64,000 bases of DNA from positions 3,894-67,893 of the forward strand of contig JABIDK010000019.1 in assembly GCA_018651725.1 (NCBI GenBank), read 5' to 3'. The stretch is from Candidatus Falkowbacteria bacterium (GTDB taxonomy: Bacteria; Patescibacteriota; Patescibacteriia; JAACEG01). Of the stretch, positions 49,545 to 59,130 are shown piece by piece. Position numbers and translations under genes: made by a program. Below the pieces are notes generated by a model. That model worked only from the letters and a program-made list of their open reading frames with translations. It was not told where the DNA came from and ran no database searches. Every line of letters starts with the position of its first letter. The stretch's first letter is position 1.

Positions 49545-50056
49545 ATTTCATCCCACTTGCTAACAACCATACCAATCTCTTCTATACTTTGCTCTAAATT
49601 AAAAATCTTATCTTTGCTAGCAACTTCTTCATTTGTTCTATTAAGCGCAATTACCAAACTAAAATGAAAATCTTTATATTGAGCGGGTACAACCATTTCA
49701 AAAAGTTTATCTAGGGTTTCATAGCTGAATTTGGCAATTTTTTCTTTAGTGCTGTTTAGTTTAATGTCCTGATAAGAAGCTATAATATCCTCAATTTTAG
49801 ATTTATATTCTTTTTCCAGCTTTTCTTGATTAACTTTTGGAAGAGCATTCTTCTTCGGATAATTTTCTCCGAGATTATTAACAACGCTATCTTTTTCTTG
49901 TTCTTTTGTTTTACGATGAGAAATATCGTCACTATAAAGAACTAAAAAACTATAGATAAAAGAGCCAATAAAAAGAACAATAAACGCCAACCCTAAAAGT
50001 TTCCAGGCCTTCTTGGTTTCGCTATGATTTATATTTTGTTGTTCGTCTTCTAACAT
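49541..50056 (-). CDS. Single-TM hypothetical protein
   Basis: N-terminal TM, VPAQYKDFHFSLV. Confidence 0.65.
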   Translation of the reverse strand: MLEDEQQNINHSETKKAWKLLGLAFIVLFIGSFIYSFLVLYSDDISHRKTKEQEKDSVVNNLGENYPKKNALPKVNQEKLEKEYKSKIEDIIASYQDIKLNSTKEKIAKFSYETLDKLFEMVVPAQYKDFHFSLVIALNRTNEEVASKDKIFNLEQSIEEIGMVVSKWDEI

Positions 50057-50087
50057 ATTTTTATCCTATCATTTTAATGAAATTAAA

Positions 50088-51188
50088 TCAAATTTTTTTT
50101 ATTCGGTTTATTAAGTCTAAGTAAAACTTTAAATTATGAATACTAGCCAAACGCTGACCTAAATTTTCATTCATTTTAAATAAATGATGCAAATAACTGC
50201 GAGAATAATTTCTACACAGTTCACAATCACAACTTTCATCTACAGATTTAAAATCATTCCTAAATTTAGCATTAGTAATATTAATTACTTTATATTTATG
50301 ACTTTTGACTCCGAGGTATATCCTCCCATGCCTAGCTTCACGCGTTGGTTTAACGCAATCAAACATATCCCAGCCATAGGAAGCGCATCTGACAATATCT
50401 TCCGGGGCGCCCACTCCAAGAGCAAAACGCAGAGAATCTTCCGGAATAAAACTGGCGGTCTTTTTCAGAACTTCGCTCATAAATTTTCCTTTTTTATCAA
50501 CATGCCTAGCACCAAAGCCATAACCATGAAATCCAATTTTCACTAGCTCTTCGGCACAATACTTCCGAAGGTCAATAAATGGACCACCCTGAATTACACC
50601 AAAAATAAGAGGCTTATTTTTACCAATTAAATTTCTTTTCTTAATTTGTTTATTGTACTCTGCTTTACATCTTTTCGCCCATTCAATAGTCCTCTCAACC
50701 GCGGCTTTAATTTTCTGTTTACCACAATCGTTGGGCGGAGGATCGTCAAAACAAACCATCATATCGACTCCTAAATCAAATTGAATTTGAATTGATTTCT
50801 CCGGAGTTATATTATGCAGACTTCCGTCTAAAGGAGAACGAAAAACAACTCCATTATCTGTAATTTTCCCCATCTTGGGATTTTTATGTATCAAAGAAAA
50901 AACCTGATACCCCCCGCTATCGGAAAGTAATGGTTTATCCCAATCCATAAACTTATGAATTCCACTGACTTTTTTAATAATTTTCATCCCCGGAGCCAAA
51001 AAAAGATGGTAAGTATTAACCACCATCGGCCCCATCCCAACATCACCTAAATCCTTTTTGCTCAAAGACTTGATATATCCCCGAGTCGCATCCGGCATAA
51101 AAAACGGGGTTTGTATTACCCCGCTTTTAGTACTAAATTTAACTATTCGGGAACTATCTTTCTTTGATTTCTTTATTACTTTAAACAT
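50088..51188 (-). CDS. tgt: tRNA-guanine transglycosylase
   Basis: NTYHL, DSGGYQVFSL, DMFDCVKPTREARHG, Zn site CDCELC...HNL. Confidence 0.9.
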   Translation of the reverse strand: MFKVIKKSKKDSSRIVKFSTKSGVIQTPFFMPDATRGYIKSLSKKDLGDVGMGPMVVNTYHLFLAPGMKIIKKVSGIHKFMDWDKPLLSDSGGYQVFSLIHKNPKMGKITDNGVVFRSPLDGSLHNITPEKSIQIQFDLGVDMMVCFDDPPPNDCGKQKIKAAVERTIEWAKRCKAEYNKQIKKRNLIGKNKPLIFGVIQGGPFIDLRKYCAEELVKIGFHGYGFGARHVDKKGKFMSEVLKKTASFIPEDSLRFALGVGAPEDIVRCASYGWDMFDCVKPTREARHGRIYLGVKSHKYKVINITNAKFRNDFKSVDESCDCELCRNYSRSYLHHLFKMNENLGQRLASIHNLKFYLDLINRIKKI

Positions 51189-51189
51189 A

Positions 51190-53133
51190 CTACTCCACTA
51201 ATCCTCTCCCGCTTACCGTTGGGTCGTCTTCTATGTCGGTGGTTAGGGCTTTGTGAGTGTCTGCTAGCTGGGAGCCGGTTTTACTGTCGATTGCCTTTAG
51301 ATTGGTTTTATCAAGTAGGATTAGAATTTTATTTAAATCAGTTTCTTCAGGTGTAATGCTTATTTCAAAGTCTAAAGATGCTTTTTCTCCTGAATTTTCC
51401 AGATTTTCTATTTTCCATAAAACTTCTCTACTTTCTTCATTATACTCAATTTCGCCTAAGTTAGTGTTTATTTTTTCTGTCCAACTAACGTGGTCCGGTA
51501 ATTTTGCTTTCATCTCAACATTTTTAACTAAATGTAAATTTCCACCTACGCTCCAAAAAATTCTGTAGTGAGTTGTTTCTCCTACTTTAGGAGGAATTGG
51601 GCCGGAGCCAACCGCGATATTGTCGTTGTTAAAATAACGAGCCTCTGAACTGAGTTCAAGACTTGTGTTTATGTTCGCTATTATTTCATTGCTTTTCACT
51701 TTCAGCTCTACCTCTTCTTCGCCTACTTTTCCAATTTCTATTTCCGCCCAACTTTTTATTGTTAAATCTCCTCCTTTATAGTTAATATCAGACAAGGCTA
51801 CGACCGCTTCTTTTAAATCTACAAAAAAATCAATTACACCCTCTTCATTGGCTGAGAAAGAACTCAACTTAAGAATGTCCGCGCTGGTCCATAAAATTTC
51901 ACTTTCACTTCTGTGTCCTTTATTTTCTCCTTTTAAGCTCTCCCAGTCAAAAAGATTAACTTCTTTTTCCCCAACGTAAGCTTTAAGATAAGCTCTTAAT
52001 TTAATATTTTTCAAATCATCCTCTCCTTTATTTTCATAAATTATTGAGTAACTTAAATTATCTCCAAAATTAATTGCTTGATCGTTACCGGATCCATTTA
52101 AGATTAAATTTAACTCAACTTGCTTTTCTGTTGCCTTAACACTCAAAATATCCTCGGCTATTAAACTATATTCTCCATCTTTATTCCCAACTTCAATTCT
52201 AGCTGTGATATCTTGGCTATCTTCAACTTTATCACCAAAAACTCCTTTAATTTCAAATTTTTCTTCAGATCCCTTATCAAGCTTTTGGATTGTCCAGACA
52301 CTGTACTGAAAACCAAAAGGTATATCTTTAATTTCTTGATCTTTGTCGGGTTGAGTTGAAAAATCATCTGCAGAAAAATTTTCCGGATAAACAACAACAA
52401 GGCGCATATCTTCTATATTTTCTTCAGAGTTATTTTGAACCGTTACAATATATTCTGACTCTTTGTTTGGTAAAATTTGTTCTTGCCCCTCTACCTCAAG
52501 TACAATGGCTGCTGAAGTTATATTAGTTGAACCGGTAGCAAGTTCTTGAAACTCTGATGAAAAATTCTCAGGCTCATAAGAAAGTGAGGCTAAAACAGGC
52601 TTATCCTCGCCTTCTTTGCCTATTAAACGACCAATAACTTCAAGTTCGCCCTTGCCAAAGGCTTCTACATCTTCTAAATTAAAAACATTTTTATAGTCAT
52701 TTTCCGCCTCAATACTACTGGAATCAAAAATAAATCCCGATGGATAGCTGAGTAAAAGCTGTAATTTTGTCATCTTAACTTTATCACTGTTTTCATATTT
52801 AATTTTATAAATAACTTTTTCTCCGGAAGACACACTTTTCGGGCTTTCAATGCTCAAAACAATGCTTTTTGCAGGTTTTTTCTCATCATCTACTACCGGT
52901 TTATTAAATATCACCCAACCCACGATAAAAAAAATAGCTATCAAGAAAAAACAAGAAAATAAGCTGGTTAAAAACATTTTGAATCGACCTCTTGGTTTTT
53001 TCTCCAAATGACTCATATCAACCTCTTCTCCCTCCTCCTCATCGTAAATATCTGATAAATCATCTTTAATTTCTTTACTTTGGAAGTCTAATTCTTCTTC
53101 CTCATTTTTTGATTTTTTCTTAAATTTAAACAT
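51190..53133 (-). CDS. Single-TM protein with repeated Ig-like (DUF11-like) domains
   Basis: Repeats of Y-x-I-x-Y-x-N...L-P; GSGPIPPKVGETTHYRIFW. Confidence 0.7.
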   Translation of the reverse strand: MFKFKKKSKNEEEELDFQSKEIKDDLSDIYDEEEGEEVDMSHLEKKPRGRFKMFLTSLFSCFFLIAIFFIVGWVIFNKPVVDDEKKPAKSIVLSIESPKSVSSGEKVIYKIKYENSDKVKMTKLQLLLSYPSGFIFDSSSIEAENDYKNVFNLEDVEAFGKGELEVIGRLIGKEGEDKPVLASLSYEPENFSSEFQELATGSTNITSAAIVLEVEGQEQILPNKESEYIVTVQNNSEENIEDMRLVVVYPENFSADDFSTQPDKDQEIKDIPFGFQYSVWTIQKLDKGSEEKFEIKGVFGDKVEDSQDITARIEVGNKDGEYSLIAEDILSVKATEKQVELNLILNGSGNDQAINFGDNLSYSIIYENKGEDDLKNIKLRAYLKAYVGEKEVNLFDWESLKGENKGHRSESEILWTSADILKLSSFSANEEGVIDFFVDLKEAVVALSDINYKGGDLTIKSWAEIEIGKVGEEEVELKVKSNEIIANINTSLELSSEARYFNNDNIAVGSGPIPPKVGETTHYRIFWSVGGNLHLVKNVEMKAKLPDHVSWTEKINTNLGEIEYNEESREVLWKIENLENSGEKASLDFEISITPEETDLNKILILLDKTNLKAIDSKTGSQLADTHKALTTDIEDDPTVSGRGLVE

Positions 53134-53168
53134 AAAATATTTTTATTACTTTTTAATGACTTTATAGA

Positions 53169-56090
53169 CTATTTCAATATATATCCGAATAATTTATCTG
53201 TGTTCAGTATTCCGGAAAATTCTTTTTTGGTTTTGTTAGTCCAAATTATCTCTGAGTTATCAGCTGCTTTTAAGGTGTGGTAAAAATAAGAGTTTATTCC
53301 GGCTTGTTTTTGCGCTAAAATAGTATACATTTTCCTATCAAGTTTAAACGGTAATTTGTACTCTATTTCAATAACTTCTTCTTCTCCAACATCGATCATC
53401 GACCAATTAGCTAAAATTGTTTTTTCAAATTGATCGTAGATATAAGTGCCGGACTGATCGTGAACCTTAAAACCACCTTCAAGTCTGGCTAAATCACTAT
53501 CTATTTCTAACTCTCCTTCCGGCTTTGGAAAATATTTTCCCTCTAACTCGTCAAATCCTCTTGCGCTAAGAAGCTCTGTTCCTTTTGGCAAATAAATTCT
53601 CATCCAGTTAAGATTACGGGCTTTTTGAAAATAATCTTTTGGATCACCGTTATGTGTTCTTTTTATAGTTAAATTATTTATAACTGAACCATCTTCTTGA
53701 ACTTCAGTTTTCAGGTCTATAACCTGAGAGATTACTCCGTCTGTTTTTCCTCCGGCGATATTAGTATTTACAACCATTAAATAATCAAGTGGGGTATCTT
53801 TAATTTCTCCGCTTAAAGAATATTTTTTAATAAGTTCCTGCATTTTTTGATCAGTAAAAAACAACTGCAAGTCTTTTTCTTTTACTATTTTATCCAAAGA
53901 GCCAAAAATATTAGCAAACCCACTTGAACTTTTTAAATCACCGGAATCGCTCCACAACTTATCAAAAATCTTGACGCATAAATCAGCTAAAAACTTTTTT
54001 GGTTTGTTTTCTGCTTTATCGTACTCCAACTCAACGTTATACTCTGCTACCCACATAAAGTTTTCCACAGTTACTATTTCGTTATATTCTGTCATTTCAA
54101 TCGGACCGGTTATTTTAAGAAGTTCTATCAGCACCTCCGGAGTAATCGCGATTACACCATCCACAGTCGGCCCTCCGCTTAACTCATAAAATTGCATCAA
54201 CTTTTTAGCTGAGCTTGGAAAATCAGGCCACCAGTTAGCGTCATGAAACTGCCAAAGAGGGGAAACCAAATACATTGGCTCCGGAGCGCTAATTCTTTTT
54301 GTTAAGCCGCCTTGCAGATTGTAACTTCCATCTTCAGGAAACTCTATATTTTTTATTTTTCCTTTGTTTATATCAAAAAGAGCAAAACTGCCGATAAATC
54401 CACCGGTTGCTCGAAGTTCATAGTTATTTTGAAAAACAATTAAATATCTCTTAAAACTGTCTTTACCTAAAAACTGCAACCAAAAATCCATTATTCCATT
54501 AAAATTTTGAAGCGAAGAAATAAAAACAGGCAAAAACTCTTTAAGCTTTATAAGTTTATCTTTGTCGTTTTCAGGCAATATATCCAAATTTATTTTAGAA
54601 AGATTATTTTCAGCTTCCTGTATTTTTTTCTTGGCCTGAGAAACATTTTCTTGAACTTTATTTATTTTTTCAAAAAAATCATCTCCCAGATTGATTGCTT
54701 TTACCTCTCTATTGTTAAATGTAATCAAGTCTTGGTTAAAACCGTTTTCTTTATCTAAAATTTCCTCTAAAGCCTTGTTTAAAAATACAGCTGCCTCACT
54801 AATGTTTTCCCCAAAAGATATAAGGTTTTTTCCAGCCAAAACTCTTCCTTCGTCAAACGGTACTTCTTGCAAAATTTTCAAAACTAAAGAATTTGTTTTC
54901 TGCAACTCTTCCTTGGCTAAATGAAAATTATTAAGCGACTCGGAAAAATAATAGTTAGCTTGCTCTAAATCGTTGGATAAAACAGACTCTCCACCAAGCT
55001 TTAACTGCTCCAAAGCTGTAGTGGTTTCTCCCAGAACTTTACCTTTTTTGTGGTAATTGGCGTTGTATAAAAATATTGCCTCAAACGGCAGAACCAACAC
55101 AAAGCAAACTATTAAGAAAAAAACAAAAGACCGCTTCCACTCTAAAGGAAAAGAAAATTTAAACATCCATGGTATTTTTCCTCTAGTTAACGAAGATAAG
55201 TCAATGAAAAAATTCTCAAGCCCAACCCACAAACTGTAAACAGGGAAAAACAAAGTTCTTAAAAATCCAATTTTATTCTGAAAATGCTCCTCTGTGATAA
55301 TCTCTTCTAACTTAGCAAAATTTACTTTAACTGTTTTTGGCTTTGCTTTTTTCTCTTGTTTTGTAAATTTTAAAGACCTAAAACTATTTTTTTCAGCCAA
55401 GGACTGATCAGCCTTTGGCTGGTTCTTTTTAGGGGTAGGGGTTTTGAAAAATCTTCTTTCTTTCTTAATTAAACCTTTTATCTCGTTAGTATTTTTTTCG
55501 CGTAAATCAACTAAATGAGGGGACTTCTTAAGTCCAGAAAGATCGTATTCAATCTCTATATTTTCTTGATCATTATTTTTACTTTCTTTCAAAGGGGCAA
55601 TATCTATTTTATCTTGAACAAAATCTTCTTTGCTTTCTTCCTTAGCTATTTTTTCAATCTGACCCAGGTCACCTTCTCTTCCTCCGGAATTTATCATGCC
55701 CCTGTGGTACACCTTGTCTTTTTCAGCCCCTCCCTTAATCAAACTATCCTCACGAACAAAGAACCTTCCGGTCTTATAAACACCAAAGACATCTTTTGAT
55801 AAACTCTCAGAGATCTCTTTAAAATGTATCCAATCAGCTTTTTTAGGCTTCTTTTTAATTTTTTTATTATCAACTAAAGTGCTTACTTTCTTTTTCGGTT
55901 TTTTAATCACTGTTTTTTTAACTGTTTTCTTCTTAATTACCTGTTTCTTAGGTTTTTTGACCACGCCCTTAACAACCTTTTTTGTAACTTTTTTCAAAGA
56001 AGGTTTTTTGATGGTTTTCTTTTTTCTACCTGCTTTATTTGCGCTAACATTGCGGGCAGGTATTTTTTTATTTTTTTGTTTTACAGCCAT
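53169..56090 (-). CDS. DUF4012 domain membrane protein with a Lys-rich N-terminus
   Basis: RYLIVFQNNYELRATGGFIGS, DANWWPDFPSSA, VDGVIAI, VNTNIAGGKTD. Confidence 0.85.
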   Translation of the reverse strand: MAVKQKNKKIPARNVSANKAGRKKKTIKKPSLKKVTKKVVKGVVKKPKKQVIKKKTVKKTVIKKPKKKVSTLVDNKKIKKKPKKADWIHFKEISESLSKDVFGVYKTGRFFVREDSLIKGGAEKDKVYHRGMINSGGREGDLGQIEKIAKEESKEDFVQDKIDIAPLKESKNNDQENIEIEYDLSGLKKSPHLVDLREKNTNEIKGLIKKERRFFKTPTPKKNQPKADQSLAEKNSFRSLKFTKQEKKAKPKTVKVNFAKLEEIITEEHFQNKIGFLRTLFFPVYSLWVGLENFFIDLSSLTRGKIPWMFKFSFPLEWKRSFVFFLIVCFVLVLPFEAIFLYNANYHKKGKVLGETTTALEQLKLGGESVLSNDLEQANYYFSESLNNFHLAKEELQKTNSLVLKILQEVPFDEGRVLAGKNLISFGENISEAAVFLNKALEEILDKENGFNQDLITFNNREVKAINLGDDFFEKINKVQENVSQAKKKIQEAENNLSKINLDILPENDKDKLIKLKEFLPVFISSLQNFNGIMDFWLQFLGKDSFKRYLIVFQNNYELRATGGFIGSFALFDINKGKIKNIEFPEDGSYNLQGGLTKRISAPEPMYLVSPLWQFHDANWWPDFPSSAKKLMQFYELSGGPTVDGVIAITPEVLIELLKITGPIEMTEYNEIVTVENFMWVAEYNVELEYDKAENKPKKFLADLCVKIFDKLWSDSGDLKSSSGFANIFGSLDKIVKEKDLQLFFTDQKMQELIKKYSLSGEIKDTPLDYLMVVNTNIAGGKTDGVISQVIDLKTEVQEDGSVINNLTIKRTHNGDPKDYFQKARNLNWMRIYLPKGTELLSARGFDELEGKYFPKPEGELEIDSDLARLEGGFKVHDQSGTYIYDQFEKTILANWSMIDVGEEEVIEIEYKLPFKLDRKMYTILAQKQAGINSYFYHTLKAADNSEIIWTNKTKKEFSGILNTDKLFGYILK
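55394..55421. repeat. 28-bp near-perfect palindrome in frame (encodes QPKADQSLA)
   Basis: cagccaaggactgatcagcctttggctg. Confidence 0.75.
56028..56061. repeat. PARN-type palindrome in frame (encodes PARNVSANKAG)
   Basis: acctgctttatttgcgctaacattgcgggcaggt. Confidence 0.7.
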
Positions 56091-56245
56091 GAAAATTAAT
56101 CCACTAATAAAAATTACACGGACTCGTTAACTTATTGTTATTATAGTACATTTTTAAAAATAAACAAAATCAATATTTTGTCTTATATTCTACTTATTTT
56201 ACAATTAACTAGATAATTTAACTAATTGTAAAATAAATGTTTTTT

Positions 56246-57382
56246 TTACTTCTTTCGGATAGTTGTTACCAACAATACTCCGACTATTATTGCTACTAGC
56301 CCCATGCCGACCCAGGGTAGCCAGGGTTTGTTTTCGGTTATTCTGCTTTCTTGGTTGTCGCAAGCGTCTCCGATTTGGTCGTTGTCAATGTCACTCTGGG
56401 CGGAATTTGGTTTATCAGGACAGTTGTCTTTACTGTTTATTACGCCATCCAAATCAAAATCATCGCAGGCGTCTCCTCGTTTGTTATTATTTATATCGGT
56501 TTGTTTTGGATTTGGTGTTTTAACACAATTATCAATTTCATCCGGAACTCCATCTTTGTCAATATCGGCTTTTATGTATGTTGGATTATTTTTATTGACT
56601 GGATTAATTTTTAGAACCTCCTCCGGATTTCTTAAATTTCCCGATTCACTGACTGTAATATTAGGAATTCTATCCGGGTTAAAATAAATTTTATAATCCA
56701 TACCCGGTCTTGCCAAAAATCTAAGCCCGCTGGTAATTTCTCTTTGCTTTAATACTTCTTGACGCAATTCAAGCTCGGTAATGCGAAGTGGTTGTGAGTA
56801 TTCCAAGTAAATATTCCAAGTCGAAGCAGTAGTCTTAGGAAAATACACGCGCCTACCTCTCATTTTACTCTTGGCCAGAACAATATTTTCTCTAGCACCT
56901 TCTTGTGTTGTTATTTTAATGGATGTTGGAAGCGCTACATAATTATCCAATTGAATCACGAGCGAAGACGAGGTTATAGACTTATTACCTTTTATTACAA
57001 TTTTAGTTGAACCGTTGCCGTTATCAGGCAAAGAATATTCTGTAAAAGTCTTATTGTTTTCATCGATTAAATATTGATTAATTCCTTTTTGATGATTACT
57101 AAAAATGCTAATATTTGCCAATCCTCCTATCGCTATATTCTTACTTGAATTATAAAAATAATTTGGCTGAAAGTCGTCACCTACCTCAAGAACAGCGAAA
57201 TTTTTATTCTCAAGATAATCACTGTTAAATAAAACCTCAACAACTGTTGGAATTTTTATATCCAGACCTTCAACAACTTTAAATTCTTTATAAGCTTGCA
57301 AAATATCATCATTACTTTGAGCAGAAACAGAAAAAGAAAACAAAAAAACACTAATAATTAATAATAAAAATGATTTTTTCAT
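56246..57382 (-). CDS. Secreted, C-terminally anchored protein with thrombospondin type-3 repeats
   Basis: Signal peptide; DIDKDGVPDEIDNC...GDACD repeats; C-terminal TM. Confidence 0.82.
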   Translation of the reverse strand: MKKSFLLLIISVFLFSFSVSAQSNDDILQAYKEFKVVEGLDIKIPTVVEVLFNSDYLENKNFAVLEVGDDFQPNYFYNSSKNIAIGGLANISIFSNHQKGINQYLIDENNKTFTEYSLPDNGNGSTKIVIKGNKSITSSSLVIQLDNYVALPTSIKITTQEGARENIVLAKSKMRGRRVYFPKTTASTWNIYLEYSQPLRITELELRQEVLKQREITSGLRFLARPGMDYKIYFNPDRIPNITVSESGNLRNPEEVLKINPVNKNNPTYIKADIDKDGVPDEIDNCVKTPNPKQTDINNNKRGDACDDFDLDGVINSKDNCPDKPNSAQSDIDNDQIGDACDNQESRITENKPWLPWVGMGLVAIIVGVLLVTTIRKK

Positions 57383-57386
57383 AGTT

Positions 57387-59081
57387 TTAATCGCGCTTTC
57401 GCATAAAAGCGGTACTAATAAATAAGGCTCCTATCAAAAAGAAAGTGAAGATCTTTCCTGTAATATTCATTCCCCAAACTTCAACGAATAATAATCGAAT
57501 TGTCACAAGCCCGAATAATATTTCGCCTGTAATACGATATGCTGTTATATCTCTTAATTTCCCGGCAATATAAAAATAAATACCAACTATAGTATAAATC
57601 GCCAAAGATATCATAGTAGCGAAATTATAAGTTAAAATAGCGTGCAGACTAAGCCAAACAATGGCTAAGGCATAAAAGCCACAAAGAGTAAACAAGACGA
57701 TTGTTATGTTTAACTCAGGCTTTCTGCTTAATTCTTCTGATTTTCTTTTTATGTAGAAATATATTCCAAGAAACAACAAAGCAATTGACAAAATAAGAAG
57801 CACGAAAAAATCACTATGTAAGACACTGCTTTGCCACACGCGAGCAGTAAGACTTTCAATTGACAACATTATTGGAACAGCGAACAAAAGACTAACAGCT
57901 TGAGCCGATCTATAGTCTTTAGAAAGATAAGCGGTTAAATAACTTATAATTCCCACCTCGATTGTGTAGGCAATAGTAAGAGCATTTCCGGAAAGCTCAA
58001 AGGCAGTAGCAGCAGCCAACATAATTACGGAAATTCCACTATAAACATACATTGGTTCTTTTAATTTAGTTGTCTTAAAAACAATAAAAGCGCCTAAAAC
58101 GAAAAATAAAGCGATCCCAACGGTTACAAGGCTTTTCCATTCGTCTGAGACAAGATCATTAATCCATACCAAAAGCAATAATCCGCTTGCTCCGATAACT
58201 ATTAAATCTGATTTTGTTGATTCTTTAGTAGAAATAATAGTTGCCAAGCTAACAGCATAATAAAGCAAAGTGTAAAGAAGAACAAAAAACAGTGCTATCA
58301 TTACATTTTCAACTCCACCCATTAAGTACGGGAAACTATAAACAGCTACCAAGCCAAGTGAAATTGGCGACAAAACTCTCCAGCCAGTAGCACCAACTAC
58401 CCACAGAGTACCGGCTGAAAGTAAAAATAAATAAGAAAACAATCCAAACGCGTCCGGACTTGAATTAGTAAGAAGCGGAGCTATACCACCGAGCGCAACA
58501 CTTAAAATTGCTAAAGGTAAACTTTTATTTTTAATACTTGAAATCGCTATAAAAACAACCACCATCGCCATTAATAAAAGAGCTGTAAGCGGAGTAAAAA
58601 AATCATAAATTTCTCGAGCCGCAAAAACAGTTAGCAAAATAACAGCTGAACCAAGAGCTAAAAACACGCTTCCTTGATTTTTAAATGATTTTATTCTCCA
58701 TTCGCCCAGCAAAAGAATTCCAAGTCCGGCTACAAGTCCAAGAGTAATTCTACCCTTCGGTCCGATCCAGTTATTCATAAAAGCATAACTTACCAGCCAA
58801 CCAAATCCAAGCAATATCAAAAATGCTCCCAACTTCATCGGCCAATCAGTTACAATCCAAGAAACAAAAGCCGATGGCTTTTGTTCTTCCAAAGGAATAG
58901 CTATCTCTTCCTGAACATTATCTGCCTGAAGATCATCCAAATCCAGTGATTTTATAGCTTTTGACTTAATAGCAGAAGGAATAACTTTTTCTTCTCCCTT
59001 TAATAATTTCTCTAAACGAGAAACCTTTTGGGCCAGTATAATACAAAAAATAATAGCCCCAATCGACAAAAAAATACTCAT
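57387..59081 (-). CDS. DUF2339 family polytopic membrane protein
   Basis: WPMKLGAFLILLG...WIGPKGRITLG; many TM segments; RLLFVEVW...KIFTFFLIG. Confidence 0.8.
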   Translation of the reverse strand: MSIFLSIGAIIFCIILAQKVSRLEKLLKGEEKVIPSAIKSKAIKSLDLDDLQADNVQEEIAIPLEEQKPSAFVSWIVTDWPMKLGAFLILLGFGWLVSYAFMNNWIGPKGRITLGLVAGLGILLLGEWRIKSFKNQGSVFLALGSAVILLTVFAAREIYDFFTPLTALLLMAMVVVFIAISSIKNKSLPLAILSVALGGIAPLLTNSSPDAFGLFSYLFLLSAGTLWVVGATGWRVLSPISLGLVAVYSFPYLMGGVENVMIALFFVLLYTLLYYAVSLATIISTKESTKSDLIVIGASGLLLLVWINDLVSDEWKSLVTVGIALFFVLGAFIVFKTTKLKEPMYVYSGISVIMLAAATAFELSGNALTIAYTIEVGIISYLTAYLSKDYRSAQAVSLLFAVPIMLSIESLTARVWQSSVLHSDFFVLLILSIALLFLGIYFYIKRKSEELSRKPELNITIVLFTLCGFYALAIVWLSLHAILTYNFATMISLAIYTIVGIYFYIAGKLRDITAYRITGEILFGLVTIRLLFVEVWGMNITGKIFTFFLIGALFISTAFMRKRD

Positions 59082-59130
59082 AGGTTTTGTATGGTTAAAT
59101 TAAGTTATTTGCTTTAATAATATCATATTT

